Shown here: positions 11,643 to 22,889 of the stretch, piece by piece
How the letters are laid out: the number at the start of each line of letters is the position of its first letter
How positions within the stretch are numbered: the stretch's first letter is position 1
Source: Nitrospirota bacterium
Lineage (GTDB): Bacteria; Nitrospirota; Thermodesulfovibrionia; Thermodesulfovibrionales; Dissulfurispiraceae
Length of the DNA: 64,000 nt
NCBI GenBank assembly: GCA_963710375.1
Contig: CAVPZX010000001.1
Coordinates: 76,210-140,209, forward strand
Direction of reading: 5' to 3'
Translations under genes and position numbers: made by a program
Notes under the pieces: model-generated
Seen by the model: the letters and a program-made list of their open reading frames with translations, nothing else
Database searches by the model: none
What the model was told of the DNA's origin: nothing

Positions 11643-11733
11643 ACACACGCCGGTAAAGATTCTCAAATGGTCTCAAAGGTCCAAATTATTTTTTTGGTCC
11701 AATGAGTTAATGAGGTCAGGCGGAGGAAAAACC
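11643..11733 (+). ncRNA. rpsB 5' leader (S2 autoregulatory / t44-like RNA)
   Basis: ACACACGCC...GGCGGAGGAAAAACC bracket pattern directly upstream of rpsB, after a TTGAAA...TGCTACATT promoter. Confidence 0.7.
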
Positions 11734-11746
11734 TTAAGGAGGAACA

Positions 11747-12513
11747 ATGGGTATTGTCACTATGAAGGAACTGCTGGAAGCCGGTGTACACTTTGGACAC
11801 CAGGTGAAGCGCTGGAACCCGAAGATGAAGAAGTTTATTTTCGGGGAAAGAAACGGGATCCATATTGTGGATCTTCAAAAGACGCTTAAAGGGCTTATAG
11901 AAGCGTACAACTTTGTCAAAAGCGTTGCTGCCACGGGGTCGCCGGTGCTTTTTGTCGGCACCAAGAAACAGGCCCAGGATTCAATTTCGGACGAGGCCAG
12001 AAGGGCCGGTTCGTTTTACGTTAACAACCGATGGCTGGGGGGCATGTTGACCAATTTCTCAACGGTCAAAAAGAGCATCGAGAGGTTAAAAAAGATCGAC
12101 ACTATGAAAGAAGACGGCACCTTCAATGTTCTGAAGAAAAAAGAGATTGCAATGCTTGAGAAGGAGAGGGCCAACCTGGAAAAGAACTTGAGCGGAATAA
12201 AAGAGATGTCCTCGCTGCCAGGGGCGCTTTTTATTATAGACCCAAGAAAAGAGAGAATTGCCGTGGCTGAAGCTAAAAGGCTTTCCATCCCTATAGTAGC
12301 TGTTGTTGATACGAATTGCGACCCTGACGAAATAGATTATGTCATTCCCGGCAATGACGATGCGATACGCGCCATAAAACTTATCTCTTCCAAGGTAGCC
12401 AATGCCATTCTGGAAAGCAAGAACGAACTTGAAAAGGCAAAAGGGGACCAGGCTGCTAAAGAGGAGATAAACGCAAAGATTGCCGCAACCGAGGCGATGG
12501 AGGTAGCTGCAGA

Positions 12514-12517
<4 letters not shown>
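11747..12517 (+). CDS. rpsB: 30S ribosomal protein S2
   Basis: [36 protein letters not shown]. Confidence 0.99.
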
Positions 12518-13906
<1,389 letters not shown>

Positions 13907-13954
13907 TATCGTTGCAGCCGGAGGCTGTGTCTTTGATAACTAACGAGGTGGAGC

Positions 13955-14509
13955 ATGCAGGACATTAAAAGAAAGACCACTGATAAGATGAATGGAGCGC
14001 TGGAGGTGCTGAAAAAGGAACTTGTTTCCATAAGGACCGGAAGGGCATCCCTTTCTTTGCTTGACGGCATATTTGTCGATTATTACGGTACTCAAACCCC
14101 CATTGCCCAGGTCGCAACCCTTGGGATGCCTGATACCAGACAGATAACGATCCAGCCCTGGGAGCAAAAGCTTATACCCGAAATAGAAAAGTCGATACTC
14201 AAGTCGGATCTCGGGATTACGCCGGGGAATGACGGTAAAGTCATTCGGCTTAATATCCCTGTGCTTACAGAGGAAAGAAGGAAGCAGCTGGTTAAAGTGG
14301 TGCGGAAAAGGGCTGAAGAGGGGAAAATTGCTGTGCGGAATATACGAAGAGACATAATCGATGAGGTGAAGAAGTCCGAGAAAGAACAGCACCTGAGCGA
14401 GGATGACATAAAGAAGCTCCAGGAAGAGATACAGAAGATCACCGATTCGTTTATAAATAAAGTGGATGAAGTCCTTCAACATAAAGAAAAAGAGATAATG
14501 GAGGTCTGA
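13955..14509 (+). CDS. frr: Ribosome recycling factor
   Basis: IRTGRAS, VDYYG, LTEERRK, AVRNIRR, KEKEIMEV. Confidence 0.98.
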   Translation: MQDIKRKTTDKMNGALEVLKKELVSIRTGRASLSLLDGIFVDYYGTQTPIAQVATLGMPDTRQITIQPWEQKLIPEIEKSILKSDLGITPGNDGKVIRLNIPVLTEERRKQLVKVVRKRAEEGKIAVRNIRRDIIDEVKKSEKEQHLSEDDIKKLQEEIQKITDSFINKVDEVLQHKEKEIMEV

Positions 14510-14510
14510 A

Positions 14511-14648
14511 ATGGCTGTAAACAGCAACTTTATTGTGAAAGTAACGGATGCTAAGCTGCCTGATGTTCAGAAGGCCCTCGAACAGGCAGGCATCAAGGTC
14601 AGAAGCATCGTTGAAGTATTTAAAGAAGAAACTCCCTCTGAGAATTAA
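14511..14648 (+). CDS. 45-aa small protein below the ORF-track cut-off
   Basis: GGAGG RBS at 14500-14504; ATG 1 nt after the frr stop; MAVNSNFIVKVTDAKLPDVQKALEQAGIKVRSIVEVFKEETPSEN. Confidence 0.75.
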   Translation: MAVNSNFIVKVTDAKLPDVQKALEQAGIKVRSIVEVFKEETPSEN

Positions 14649-14722
14649 TAAAGCATTTTCTGTTCGTTAGTATGTACTGCGATATTCGGCTATATGCAGA
14701 TGCAGGCGGGGAAGGAGGAATT

Positions 14723-15187
14723 ATGCCATCTAAGGAAAAAGGTAAACCGAAAGAAACGTCGAAAGGAAAGCTTGAAAAGCTCTCCAGGGAGAGTACCGCT
14801 GAAAATGAGAGCCATCGCAAAGAACGTTTAAGGAAACAATTGATTCAGAGAAGAGAGGAAATAATCAGGGAGGCAAAAAACGAGATAAAGAAGTTCAAGT
14901 CCGGCGAAAACAAACAGCTTGTAGAGACTGTAATGGATGATGGCGACTTGTCTGTTGTCGATATGGCGGAAGATATCAGTCTCAAGCAGCTAAGCACACA
15001 TAGAGAGACGCTGATAAAAATAGATACCGCTCTCCGCAAACTGGAGGAGGGCACTTATGGAATATGTGAAGAGTGCGGCGAAGATATCAGCGAGGAACGG
15101 CTGAAAATAATGCCTTTTGCAATTTACTGCCGGGATGACCAGGAAAAAAAAGAGATAATGGAAAGGATCGAGCGGGAAGGGCAATAG
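14723..15187 (+). CDS. dksA: DksA/TraR family transcription factor
   Basis: Coiled coil with acidic tip (DDGD), ALRKLEEGTYGICEECGEDI..ERL...P. AAGGAGG RBS. Confidence 0.88.
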   Translation: MPSKEKGKPKETSKGKLEKLSRESTAENESHRKERLRKQLIQRREEIIREAKNEIKKFKSGENKQLVETVMDDGDLSVVDMAEDISLKQLSTHRETLIKIDTALRKLEEGTYGICEECGEDISEERLKIMPFAIYCRDDQEKKEIMERIEREGQ

Positions 15188-15193
15188 CTTTTT

Positions 15194-15961
15194 TTAGTAG
15201 TTGACCCGCTCAAGGAAGAGACCTCTTGCCGGCGCCGTGGGTCCGGCAAGCCTTCTGTCCCTGGCGTCCAGAAGCTCCAAAATTGCCTCGGACCTGAGCC
15301 TGCCTTTTCCGACTTCGATGATAGTCCCGGCTATATTTCTCACCATATGTCTCAAGAAACCGTCTCCTTCAATACGCAACTTCATAAAATTCCCCCGTAC
15401 TCCTGCAGTCATGAAATCGATCACATCGATTTTCTCCATAGAGCATTGAAAGATGGTCCTTGCAGGGTTTTTTGCCGCGCAACCGCTTCCTCTGAATGAT
15501 GTGAAGTCATGGGTACCCTGCAAGAGAATTGAGGCGGTGCGCATCCCGTCGAAATCAAGGCCCTGGGGAACCCTGCACGCATAATTATAGAGAAAGGGAG
15601 ACATGACACGCGTGTTGGCAATTATATAAAAATATATCTTGGTTTTGGCGTCATATCTAGGATGAAAGGCCGCATCTGCTTCGCAGGCTTCCATGATCCT
15701 TATGTCCCAGGGAAGCAGTGCGTTGAGCGCGTCCCTGATAGTGTCGCATTGAAGCGCCGATGTGGTTTTAAAGGAAGCCACCTGAGCAAGAGCGTGCACC
15801 CCTGCATCGGTCCTGCCGGCCGCAATAACCGGTACCTGTACTCCGGTTATTTTTGAGATGCGCTCCTCCAGCACCTGCTGTATGGAGATGCATCCAGGTT
15901 GTGTCTGCCAGCCATGATAACGCGTTCCGTCATACTGGATAACCAATTTGATATTTCTCAT
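15194..15961 (-). CDS. truA: tRNA pseudouridine(38-40) synthase
   Basis: YDGTRYHGWQ, AGRTDAGVHA, FLRHMVRNI, TAPARGLFL. Confidence 0.97.
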   Translation of the reverse strand: MRNIKLVIQYDGTRYHGWQTQPGCISIQQVLEERISKITGVQVPVIAAGRTDAGVHALAQVASFKTTSALQCDTIRDALNALLPWDIRIMEACEADAAFHPRYDAKTKIYFYIIANTRVMSPFLYNYACRVPQGLDFDGMRTASILLQGTHDFTSFRGSGCAAKNPARTIFQCSMEKIDVIDFMTAGVRGNFMKLRIEGDGFLRHMVRNIAGTIIEVGKGRLRSEAILELLDARDRRLAGPTAPARGLFLERVNY

Positions 15962-16006
15962 AAACAGTAGTGTACCCAAAATATGCACCTGATGTCATGC
16001 GCGGGA

Positions 16007-16191
16007 CTGCAATTCTGACAGTAGATGAATCTCTTTCGCTACGCTCCGTTTTGACAGTCCTAACGACTCGTTTCGCTACAGTCGCAAAATTCCCTTCGGT
16101 CAGTTTCGCTCCTGTTTCACGCTCACTCGCCGAGAACTGTTTCCAAAACTCCGCTAATGCTTCAGAGATTTATCTACTGTCAGAATTGCAG
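16007..16191. repeat. 185-bp element with 28-bp terminal inverted repeats (MITE-like)
   Basis: CTGCAATTCTGACAGTAGATGAATCTCT ... AGAGATTTATCTACTGTCAGAATTGCAG (1 mismatch). Confidence 0.75.
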
Positions 16192-16230
16192 ATGCACCGG
16201 AATTGGGATTTTGGGATATAATAGGTGAAC

Positions 16231-16677
16231 ATGCAAAAAAAGATCATTGCTGTCATAGGCGCAGGAAGCGCGGATAAAGAGTTGCTCATAATAGCCGAAG
16301 AAGTTGGAAGGCTTATCGCTCTCAATGAAGCCGTATTGGTTTGCGGCGGACTCGGCGGCGTGATGGAGGCCGCTGCCAGAGGGGCGAATACTGAGGGAGG
16401 TATCACAGTCGGAATACTGCCGGGGCTTGAAAAGAGTGCTGCAAATCCTTATATCAATGTGCCCGTTGCTACCGGACTTGGAGAAATAAGAAATGCTATA
16501 ATTGTTCGTTCCGCCGATGTCCTGATAGCAATCGGAGGAGAATACGGCACACTTTCCGAAATAGCGTTCGGGCTCAAGACCGGAAAAACCGTCATTGGCA
16601 TCAGAACCTGGGACATCAAGGGTATAATCAAAGCACATGGCGCTGAAGATGCAGTAAACAGAGCGCTTGGATTGTAA
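16231..16677 (+). CDS. TIGR00725 / LOG-like Rossmann-fold protein
   Basis: CGGLGGVMEAA, GILPG, TGLGEIRN, GGEYGTLSEIA. Confidence 0.9.
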   Translation: MQKKIIAVIGAGSADKELLIIAEEVGRLIALNEAVLVCGGLGGVMEAAARGANTEGGITVGILPGLEKSAANPYINVPVATGLGEIRNAIIVRSADVLIAIGGEYGTLSEIAFGLKTGKTVIGIRTWDIKGIIKAHGAEDAVNRALGL

Positions 16678-16710
16678 AAAATTAACCATTCAGCAACAGA
16701 GTCTTGGAAT

Positions 16711-16825
16711 TATGTAATTATTCCATAAAAATGGAATTAATCCATATCCATGATTTTTAACATTCCTCAGGAATCCCAATAAATCAAGAAGATAATACAT
16801 TGTCTTGCCTGGCATATTCCTTGCT
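16711..16825 (+). promoter_or_regulatory. sigma54 promoter with upstream activator sites (module copy 2)
   Basis: TGGCATATTCCTTGCT at 16810-16825; TGTAATTATTCCA and TGGAATTAATCCA boxes upstream. Confidence 0.85.
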
Positions 16826-16907
16826 TCATCACTAAATCAAATGACTTCTTACGAAGATGTACGGTTACATTTTGTAACAAACATATGAACTAAACCAGGG
16901 AGGCAGT

Positions 16908-17648
16908 ATGAAAAAAATTTTGTTTTATGCGATGTTGTTGGTTTTTGCGGTAAGCACAATGGCATATGCCGAGGACCTTCGCGTTAATGGCTCAACAACG
17001 ACTATGGGGAAAATCATTTCAAAGATTAAGGCCCCGTTCGAAAAAGCAACAGGCATCCACCTTGCAGTTAACGCCAACGGATCTGGAGCAGGGGCAAAGG
17101 ATCTGATAGCCGGGAAATGTGATGCGAGTGTTGCTTCTGAAAGTCTCGAAGATTTGAAAAAAGCTGTCCCGGAATTAAACAGCATTGCGGACATCAAAAC
17201 TTCAGTACTTGGCAACGATAACCTTGCGATCATTGTAAATAAAGTAAATCCTGTAACCAAACTGAACAAGGAGCAGCTTAAAGGGCTAAACACAGGCAAG
17301 ATCAAGAACTGGAAAGAGGTAGGAGGCATGGATGCAGATGTCATAGTTGTTACTTCCGAAAAGGGATCCGGGACAAGGGCGATGGTTACTAAACAGATTC
17401 TGGACGGCGAACCCTTTTCGGCTGACGTAGTTGAGGCATCAACAACAATGGCAGAGGTTAAGGAAGTGTCATCAATGAAAGAAGCAATAGGCGCAGTAAG
17501 CGAGTCCTTTGTAAACGAAACCGTGAAGCGAGTGGATGGACCTGTCATAGGAAGGCCTTTGCTCATACTTACTAAGGGTGAGCCAAGTGTATCCGTCAAG
17601 AAACTCATTGACTTCATATTGGGCGAAGGGCAACAATATCTCAAATAA
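16908..17648 (+). CDS. PstS-like (PBP2 fold) periplasmic substrate-binding protein
   Basis: Signal peptide, GSTT, GSGAG, IIVN..NPV..L, GKIKNWKEVGG, GSGTR. Confidence 0.85.
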   Translation: MKKILFYAMLLVFAVSTMAYAEDLRVNGSTTTMGKIISKIKAPFEKATGIHLAVNANGSGAGAKDLIAGKCDASVASESLEDLKKAVPELNSIADIKTSVLGNDNLAIIVNKVNPVTKLNKEQLKGLNTGKIKNWKEVGGMDADVIVVTSEKGSGTRAMVTKQILDGEPFSADVVEASTTMAEVKEVSSMKEAIGAVSESFVNETVKRVDGPVIGRPLLILTKGEPSVSVKKLIDFILGEGQQYLK

Positions 17649-17678
17649 CAACATGATAACCGCCCTAGGGATAACTAA

Positions 17679-20136
17679 ATGACGATACGGCAGAAACTCA
17701 CCATTAATGCTGTTGTCATAGGGAGCGTGATCCTTCTTTTGGCCGCGGTAGGCGTTTCAAGTCTGATTTTTATAAAGTCTAAGTTGTCGTACCTCTTGAG
17801 CACCAGCACGCCGTTCCAGGTGAGGACAATCGACCTGCAAAGGACCCTTCAAGTTGCTGTTTCCGACCTGCTGAAGGCAAGCGTTTCGGGCAGCGCGGAC
17901 GAACTCGCCCGACAGAAGGCGAACTTCGGGAAATCGTTTTCTGAAATGAAAGAGGCCGAGGATGCGCTTGAAAAACTTTCGGGCCAGCACAGTGGACTAT
18001 ATGAGGACATAGGGAAATTATCCGGAGAAATATTCGATTCAGCCGGTCAACGGCTGCAGTCGGAGTCCGAAACGAGGCAGGCAGGGGCCTCTATTTCGGA
18101 AAAGATGAAGGACATGACTGCCAGGCTAAAGAATCTGGACTCAAGGGTTTCCGCCATGCAGTCAGGGTATTCAAAGGGCCTGAAGGATGACTTTGAAAGC
18201 TCGAAAACCTCTTCCGTGAAGCTGCGGGACATGGAGGCCCTGAAGTCTTCGCTTGATGAATTGAACAATATGATCATAACCCTGCCTCATACAAAAGAGA
18301 GGAAGCAGGCGCTGGTGCTGAAAAGCAAGTCCAACAGCATCCTCGATAACCTTTTGGAAAGCAGACCGGCGAAGGCTTCCAGGGAAATGTCCTCAACAGT
18401 GACATCCCTTAAGCAGAAAGTTTCCGAATTCTTCGAGCTTAACGCAGCAAACGCAAAGCAGCCCAGCGACGAAACAATGCGTAAGATCGAGGCGGCTTCG
18501 GCCGAAATCCGCGAAAACCTTATATTGTCTCTCGAAACGACGCTGAATCAAAGCGTTCAACTTTCTGACAATGGAAGCCTCAAGCCGGAACAAGCACCAG
18601 GACATTTCTTTTGCTCAGTCGGGACTTGCCACGAACGTGCTTGCGGACAACGCGGCCTTGATGACGGCAGGGCTATCTGTAGAATCATTCGTGGCAAAGC
18701 TCCTGAATGCCTACACATCAGGGGAGGTCGATTACCTGGCGGAGCAAATCAGGAAGTCCTTTGACAGGGCAAATACTTACCAGAAAACTTTGGAGCAAAA
18801 CCTGACGAAACTTGGCGCAAAAGATGAGCTTGTCCTGCTCAGAAACGCCTCTTCCGCACTGCATTCGATACGGGATCTGATTTACGCCGGCAACGGCGTA
18901 ATAGCTAAAATACGCCAGCAAGCGGAAATGAAGGAAAGGGCGGCAGACGCCGGCAACAGGCTCCGACAAACCGTAAATAAATATACCGAGGCAGGCAGGC
19001 AGGATGTACTGGTTGCGCATAAAGCTCAGGAAGACTCCACCGCTTCAGTTAACCGTGTTGTCGGCTTAAGCATATCTTCCAGCATTATCATAGGCGTCGT
19101 TGCAATATTGGTTTCCATTATTGCCAGTATTGCCCTATTCAGGACTGTTGTTATTCCAATAAAACGGACAGAGGAAATTTTTGAATACGCCGAGAGGGAC
19201 AACGACCTTACAAAGCGTCCGAAAGTCGAAACGCATGATGAAATCGGTGATTTGTGCAGCAGCTACAACAAATTTATGGATAAACTCCATAGTACGATAA
19301 ATGATGTAGCCGGATTTACATCTAACCTTGCATCGTCGTCAAGTGAGTTATCTGCGACTTCGCAACAAATGACCGGCAGGGCCAGGACGCAGGTTGAGGA
19401 AACTGAGAGCATTGCCACTGCTTCCGAGGAAATGTCGGCAACGGTACTCGACGTCTCCAGAAACGCGCAGGACGCGTCTGAATTCGCCATGCGCTTGAAA
19501 AATACTTCTCTTGAAGGCGGGGAAGTGGTCAGACAAAGTATTCATGGCATAAAGGCTGTATCCGTTTCCTTTGAAGACATCTCAAGCATTATCGACAAAC
19601 TTGCGAGCAGTTCGGAGCAGATAGGGAAAATTGTCTCTGTCATCAAGGATATTTCCGATCAGACCAATCTTCTCGCCCTGAATGCTGCCATAGAGGCAGC
19701 CCGCGCTGGGGAACAAGGACGCGGCTTTGCCGTGGTCGCAGATGAAGTCAGGAAACTGGCAGAGAGAACCAATACCTCAGCATCTGAAATTTCCTCAATG
19801 ATTTTGTCCATACAAGGAGAGGTCACAACGGCAAAAACATCTATGGAAAAAGGGAGAACGGATATCAGCACCGGCGTATCGCTGTCGAACAAGGCGGAAG
19901 AAGCTTTAAAAGAAATATCCAATGGCGTTGATACAGTGACTGACATGATATCCCATATAGCTGCTGCATCCCATCAGCAATCAACCACGGTTGAAACGAT
20001 ATCAGGCAATGTGCTTCACATATCCCAGGTAACAAATGAGTTTGCTGCTGCGATGTCCCAGCTTACACAGACAGCGGAGGGTCTTGATAGAATATCATCA
20101 AAGATCCGTGAGATGGTTGGGCAATTCAAAATTTAA
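17679..20136 (+). CDS. Methyl-accepting chemotaxis protein with a very large periplasmic domain; frameshift near 18570
   Basis: N-terminal TM in the first ORF; second TM, HAMP (DEIG) and [35 protein letters not shown] in the overlapping second ORF. Confidence 0.9.
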
Positions 20137-20225
20137 GGGCGAGCCCTATCAGATATTGTCATTTAGTATTTTTTGTAATATAATTTTTATCGGGAAGCAA
20201 GATAATATCATGGGGGCCTGAAAAA

Positions 20226-20570
20226 ATGCCTTACATCGAATACGGAGGGCTAAAAATTGCTGTCGATGACGAGGGATATCTTGCCGACGGCGAGGAATGG
20301 AATGACAAGGTAGCGTGCGCATTGGCCGAGAGTGCCGGGGTGGATGAGCTCACAAAAGACAGGCTTGACATAATACGGTTTATGCGAGAGTACTATAAGA
20401 AATATAACTTCTTTCCAATCCTGCGCGCTGTTTGCAAAAATGTCCATCTATCAAAGGATTGCTTTAGTGAGAAGTTTCTCGATCCCCTTACTGCATGGAA
20501 AATAGCTGGACTCCCCAAGCCTGATGAGCATGTAATCGCCGACTTACGCGGAGAAGGCGGGGTTGTCTAA
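20226..20570 (+). CDS. TusE/DsrC-fold protein lacking the C-terminal cysteines (RspA-like)
   Basis: VDDEGYL...W...VA..LA, IIRFMREYY, AWKIAGLPKP. The tail DEHVIADLRGEGGVV has no Cys. Confidence 0.85.
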   Translation: MPYIEYGGLKIAVDDEGYLADGEEWNDKVACALAESAGVDELTKDRLDIIRFMREYYKKYNFFPILRAVCKNVHLSKDCFSEKFLDPLTAWKIAGLPKPDEHVIADLRGEGGVV

Positions 20571-20573
20571 GGG

Positions 20574-21320
20574 CTAAGTTTCTCTTGCTGATAAGTATTG
20601 CGCAGCCCCGGTATCAGCTAGGTATAATAAGCTCCCCTTCTCGGTGACCACCAGTGACGCGGGAAGATTGGGGTCTCTCCTCTCCACAACATCACGGAAC
20701 ACCGATGCCTTTGTCTTCCCGGTCACAAGAAATACCACCATGCGTGCATTGTTAATTACTGAAAGCGTCAGCGTGATCCGGTCATGCCGGTTTTTATCAA
20801 GGGCCACTGCACTGGCAAGATGACGATTATCACGGAGCGCAGCATCCCCTGGGAAAAGCGATGCGGTATGCCCGTCCGCGCCTATTCCAAGCATAACAAG
20901 ATCGAATTCGGGAATGCCTTTGGCAGGGAGCTTGAAAAATCCTTTTATTTCCTCTTCATACTTTTTCGCCGACAACAGCGGATCTGTTTCACCGGTAGCT
21001 ACGGCATGGATATTACCGGCCGGGATTGATATATTTTTTAAGAGTGTCTCGCTGAGCAAACGGTAATTGCTGTCAGCGCTGCCCCATGGGACAAAGCGCT
21101 CATCAGCGAAAAACAGGTGCGTTCTGTCCCACCTAAGCCGCGCTCCCTGAACAGCGAGTCTCCGGTAAAACGGCACCGGTGTTTCTCCTCCTGAAAGGGC
21201 TGCTGTGAAAAAGCCCCGGCTCTCTACAGCGTGTCCGGAGAGTTCGGTCCAGCGCTCCACCATAAAATTTGCCAACTGATCGCCTGTCTCAAAAATCAGG
21301 ATTTTACGCGAATTTTTCAT
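20574..21320 (-). CDS. pgl: 6-phosphogluconolactonase
   Basis: ALSGGETP, FADERFVP, SNY, LGIGADGHTASLFP, RITLT. Confidence 0.95.
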   Translation of the reverse strand: MKNSRKILIFETGDQLANFMVERWTELSGHAVESRGFFTAALSGGETPVPFYRRLAVQGARLRWDRTHLFFADERFVPWGSADSNYRLLSETLLKNISIPAGNIHAVATGETDPLLSAKKYEEEIKGFFKLPAKGIPEFDLVMLGIGADGHTASLFPGDAALRDNRHLASAVALDKNRHDRITLTLSVINNARMVVFLVTGKTKASVFRDVVERRDPNLPASLVVTEKGSLLYLADTGAAQYLSARET

Positions 21321-21331
21321 GACCCTGACTT

Positions 21332-22876
21332 TTACCTTGTTATCCAGCGACGCCCGTCCTGCTCAAGCAGCCGGTTCGCCGCTTCCGGACCCCAGGTGCC
21401 GGCAGCGTAATTAGGGAAATCCAAAGGGGGAGTACTTTCCCACAGGCTGATGATCGGGTCAACGATCTCCCACATCTCCTCGACAGTATCTTGCCTCACA
21501 AAAAGCGTCATATCCCCTTTCAGCATATCGACAAGCAACCGCTCATAAGCAGGGTGCACGGGCAGCTTAAATGTTTCGTTATAGTTGAAAACCATATCCA
21601 CCGGATATACCTGGTTCTCGGAATAGGGGTATTTCACACTAAACCGTAGGGAAATCTTTTCATGAGGCTGGATGGTCAGAACAAGTATATTAGGCTCCAG
21701 GATATCGCATGTCCTCCCGAAGAGCTTGACAGGAAAATGTTTAAGCTGTAAGCATATCTCGGTGACCCGCCTGGGCATGCGCTTGCCTGTGCGGAAATAA
21801 AAAGGCACACCTGCCCACCGGAGATTGTCTATATAGAATTTTCCGGCAAAAAAAGTGGGGACGTTTGAATCAGAGGCTACCCGGTCCTCCGCTCGGTAGC
21901 CCGGGACCTCGCTGCCGTTTAATTCCCCTCGGCCATACTGCCCCCTTACCAAATAGTTTGCATCTATTGAATGGACCGACCTGAATATTTTTAATTTCTC
22001 CTCGCGTATAAAATCGTCTTTAAACCCAACAGGAGGCTCCATTGCGATAAGGCCGAAAAGTTGCATCATGTGATTCTGCACGATGTCCCTCACCACCCCG
22101 GCCTGTTCATAGAATGCGCCCCGGTGCTCGATGCCGACATCTTCAGCGACAGTAATCTGCACATTGTCCACGTAATGCCGGTTCCATATTTCAGCAAAAA
22201 GAGTATTGATAAAACGCAGGAATATAATGTTCTGGACCGGGTCTTTGGCAAGGTAATGATCTATCCGGTATATTTGACGTTCATCAAACGTGTCGGTCAA
22301 TACCTTATTAAATTCGACTGCAGACTTACGGTCATTCCCGAACGGTTTTTCAATAATTATTTTGGTATTGAATATCCCCTGACAGAGGTTGTGCTTCTTT
22401 AATTGATGAACGGCCATCGGAACAACTTGCGGTGGGACCGCCATGTAGTAAACAACCTCCTTGCTTCCTTTAGCATCAGGGATGGTAATCCGGGAAATCT
22501 TCACGCTCAGGTCTTCATAGCTCTCATCTTGCCCGAAATCTCCAGAAAGAAAGTAAAGATGCCGGCTGAACTGGTCCCATTTCTCCTCGTCAAATTCTCC
22601 TTCACCGAACTGTTTGACTGCATCCTTCATCATGGCCCTGTAATCCTCATCACTCATTTTATTGCGGCCGAAACCGAGTATCGAGAATTTCTGATCAGGC
22701 ACCACTTTGTCGCAAAATAGACTAAAGATTGCCGGCAGAAGCTTTCGCTTGCTCAGATCACCGGCCCCGCCGAAGATCACCATGGTAAATGGCTCGATAA
22801 CGGTTTTCTCTGCCGGTATATCGCAGGTTTGAAGGAACTTGCTGTAGAGAACCTCTTTATCTATTTCAGAAGTCAT
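21332..22876 (-). CDS. zwf: Glucose-6-phosphate 1-dehydrogenase
   Basis: GGAGDLSKRKLLPA, EKPFG, RIDHYL, RDIVQNH, RWAGVPFYFRTGK. Confidence 0.97.
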   Translation of the reverse strand: MTSEIDKEVLYSKFLQTCDIPAEKTVIEPFTMVIFGGAGDLSKRKLLPAIFSLFCDKVVPDQKFSILGFGRNKMSDEDYRAMMKDAVKQFGEGEFDEEKWDQFSRHLYFLSGDFGQDESYEDLSVKISRITIPDAKGSKEVVYYMAVPPQVVPMAVHQLKKHNLCQGIFNTKIIIEKPFGNDRKSAVEFNKVLTDTFDERQIYRIDHYLAKDPVQNIIFLRFINTLFAEIWNRHYVDNVQITVAEDVGIEHRGAFYEQAGVVRDIVQNHMMQLFGLIAMEPPVGFKDDFIREEKLKIFRSVHSIDANYLVRGQYGRGELNGSEVPGYRAEDRVASDSNVPTFFAGKFYIDNLRWAGVPFYFRTGKRMPRRVTEICLQLKHFPVKLFGRTCDILEPNILVLTIQPHEKISLRFSVKYPYSENQVYPVDMVFNYNETFKLPVHPAYERLLVDMLKGDMTLFVRQDTVEEMWEIVDPIISLWESTPPLDFPNYAAGTWGPEAANRLLEQDGRRWITR

Positions 22877-22889
22877 GGCTCGACACTCC

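Noticed and set aside
16908..17648. pstS of a phosphate ABC transporter operon
   Set aside because: No pstC/A/B or phoU nearby; it is linked to an MCP instead.
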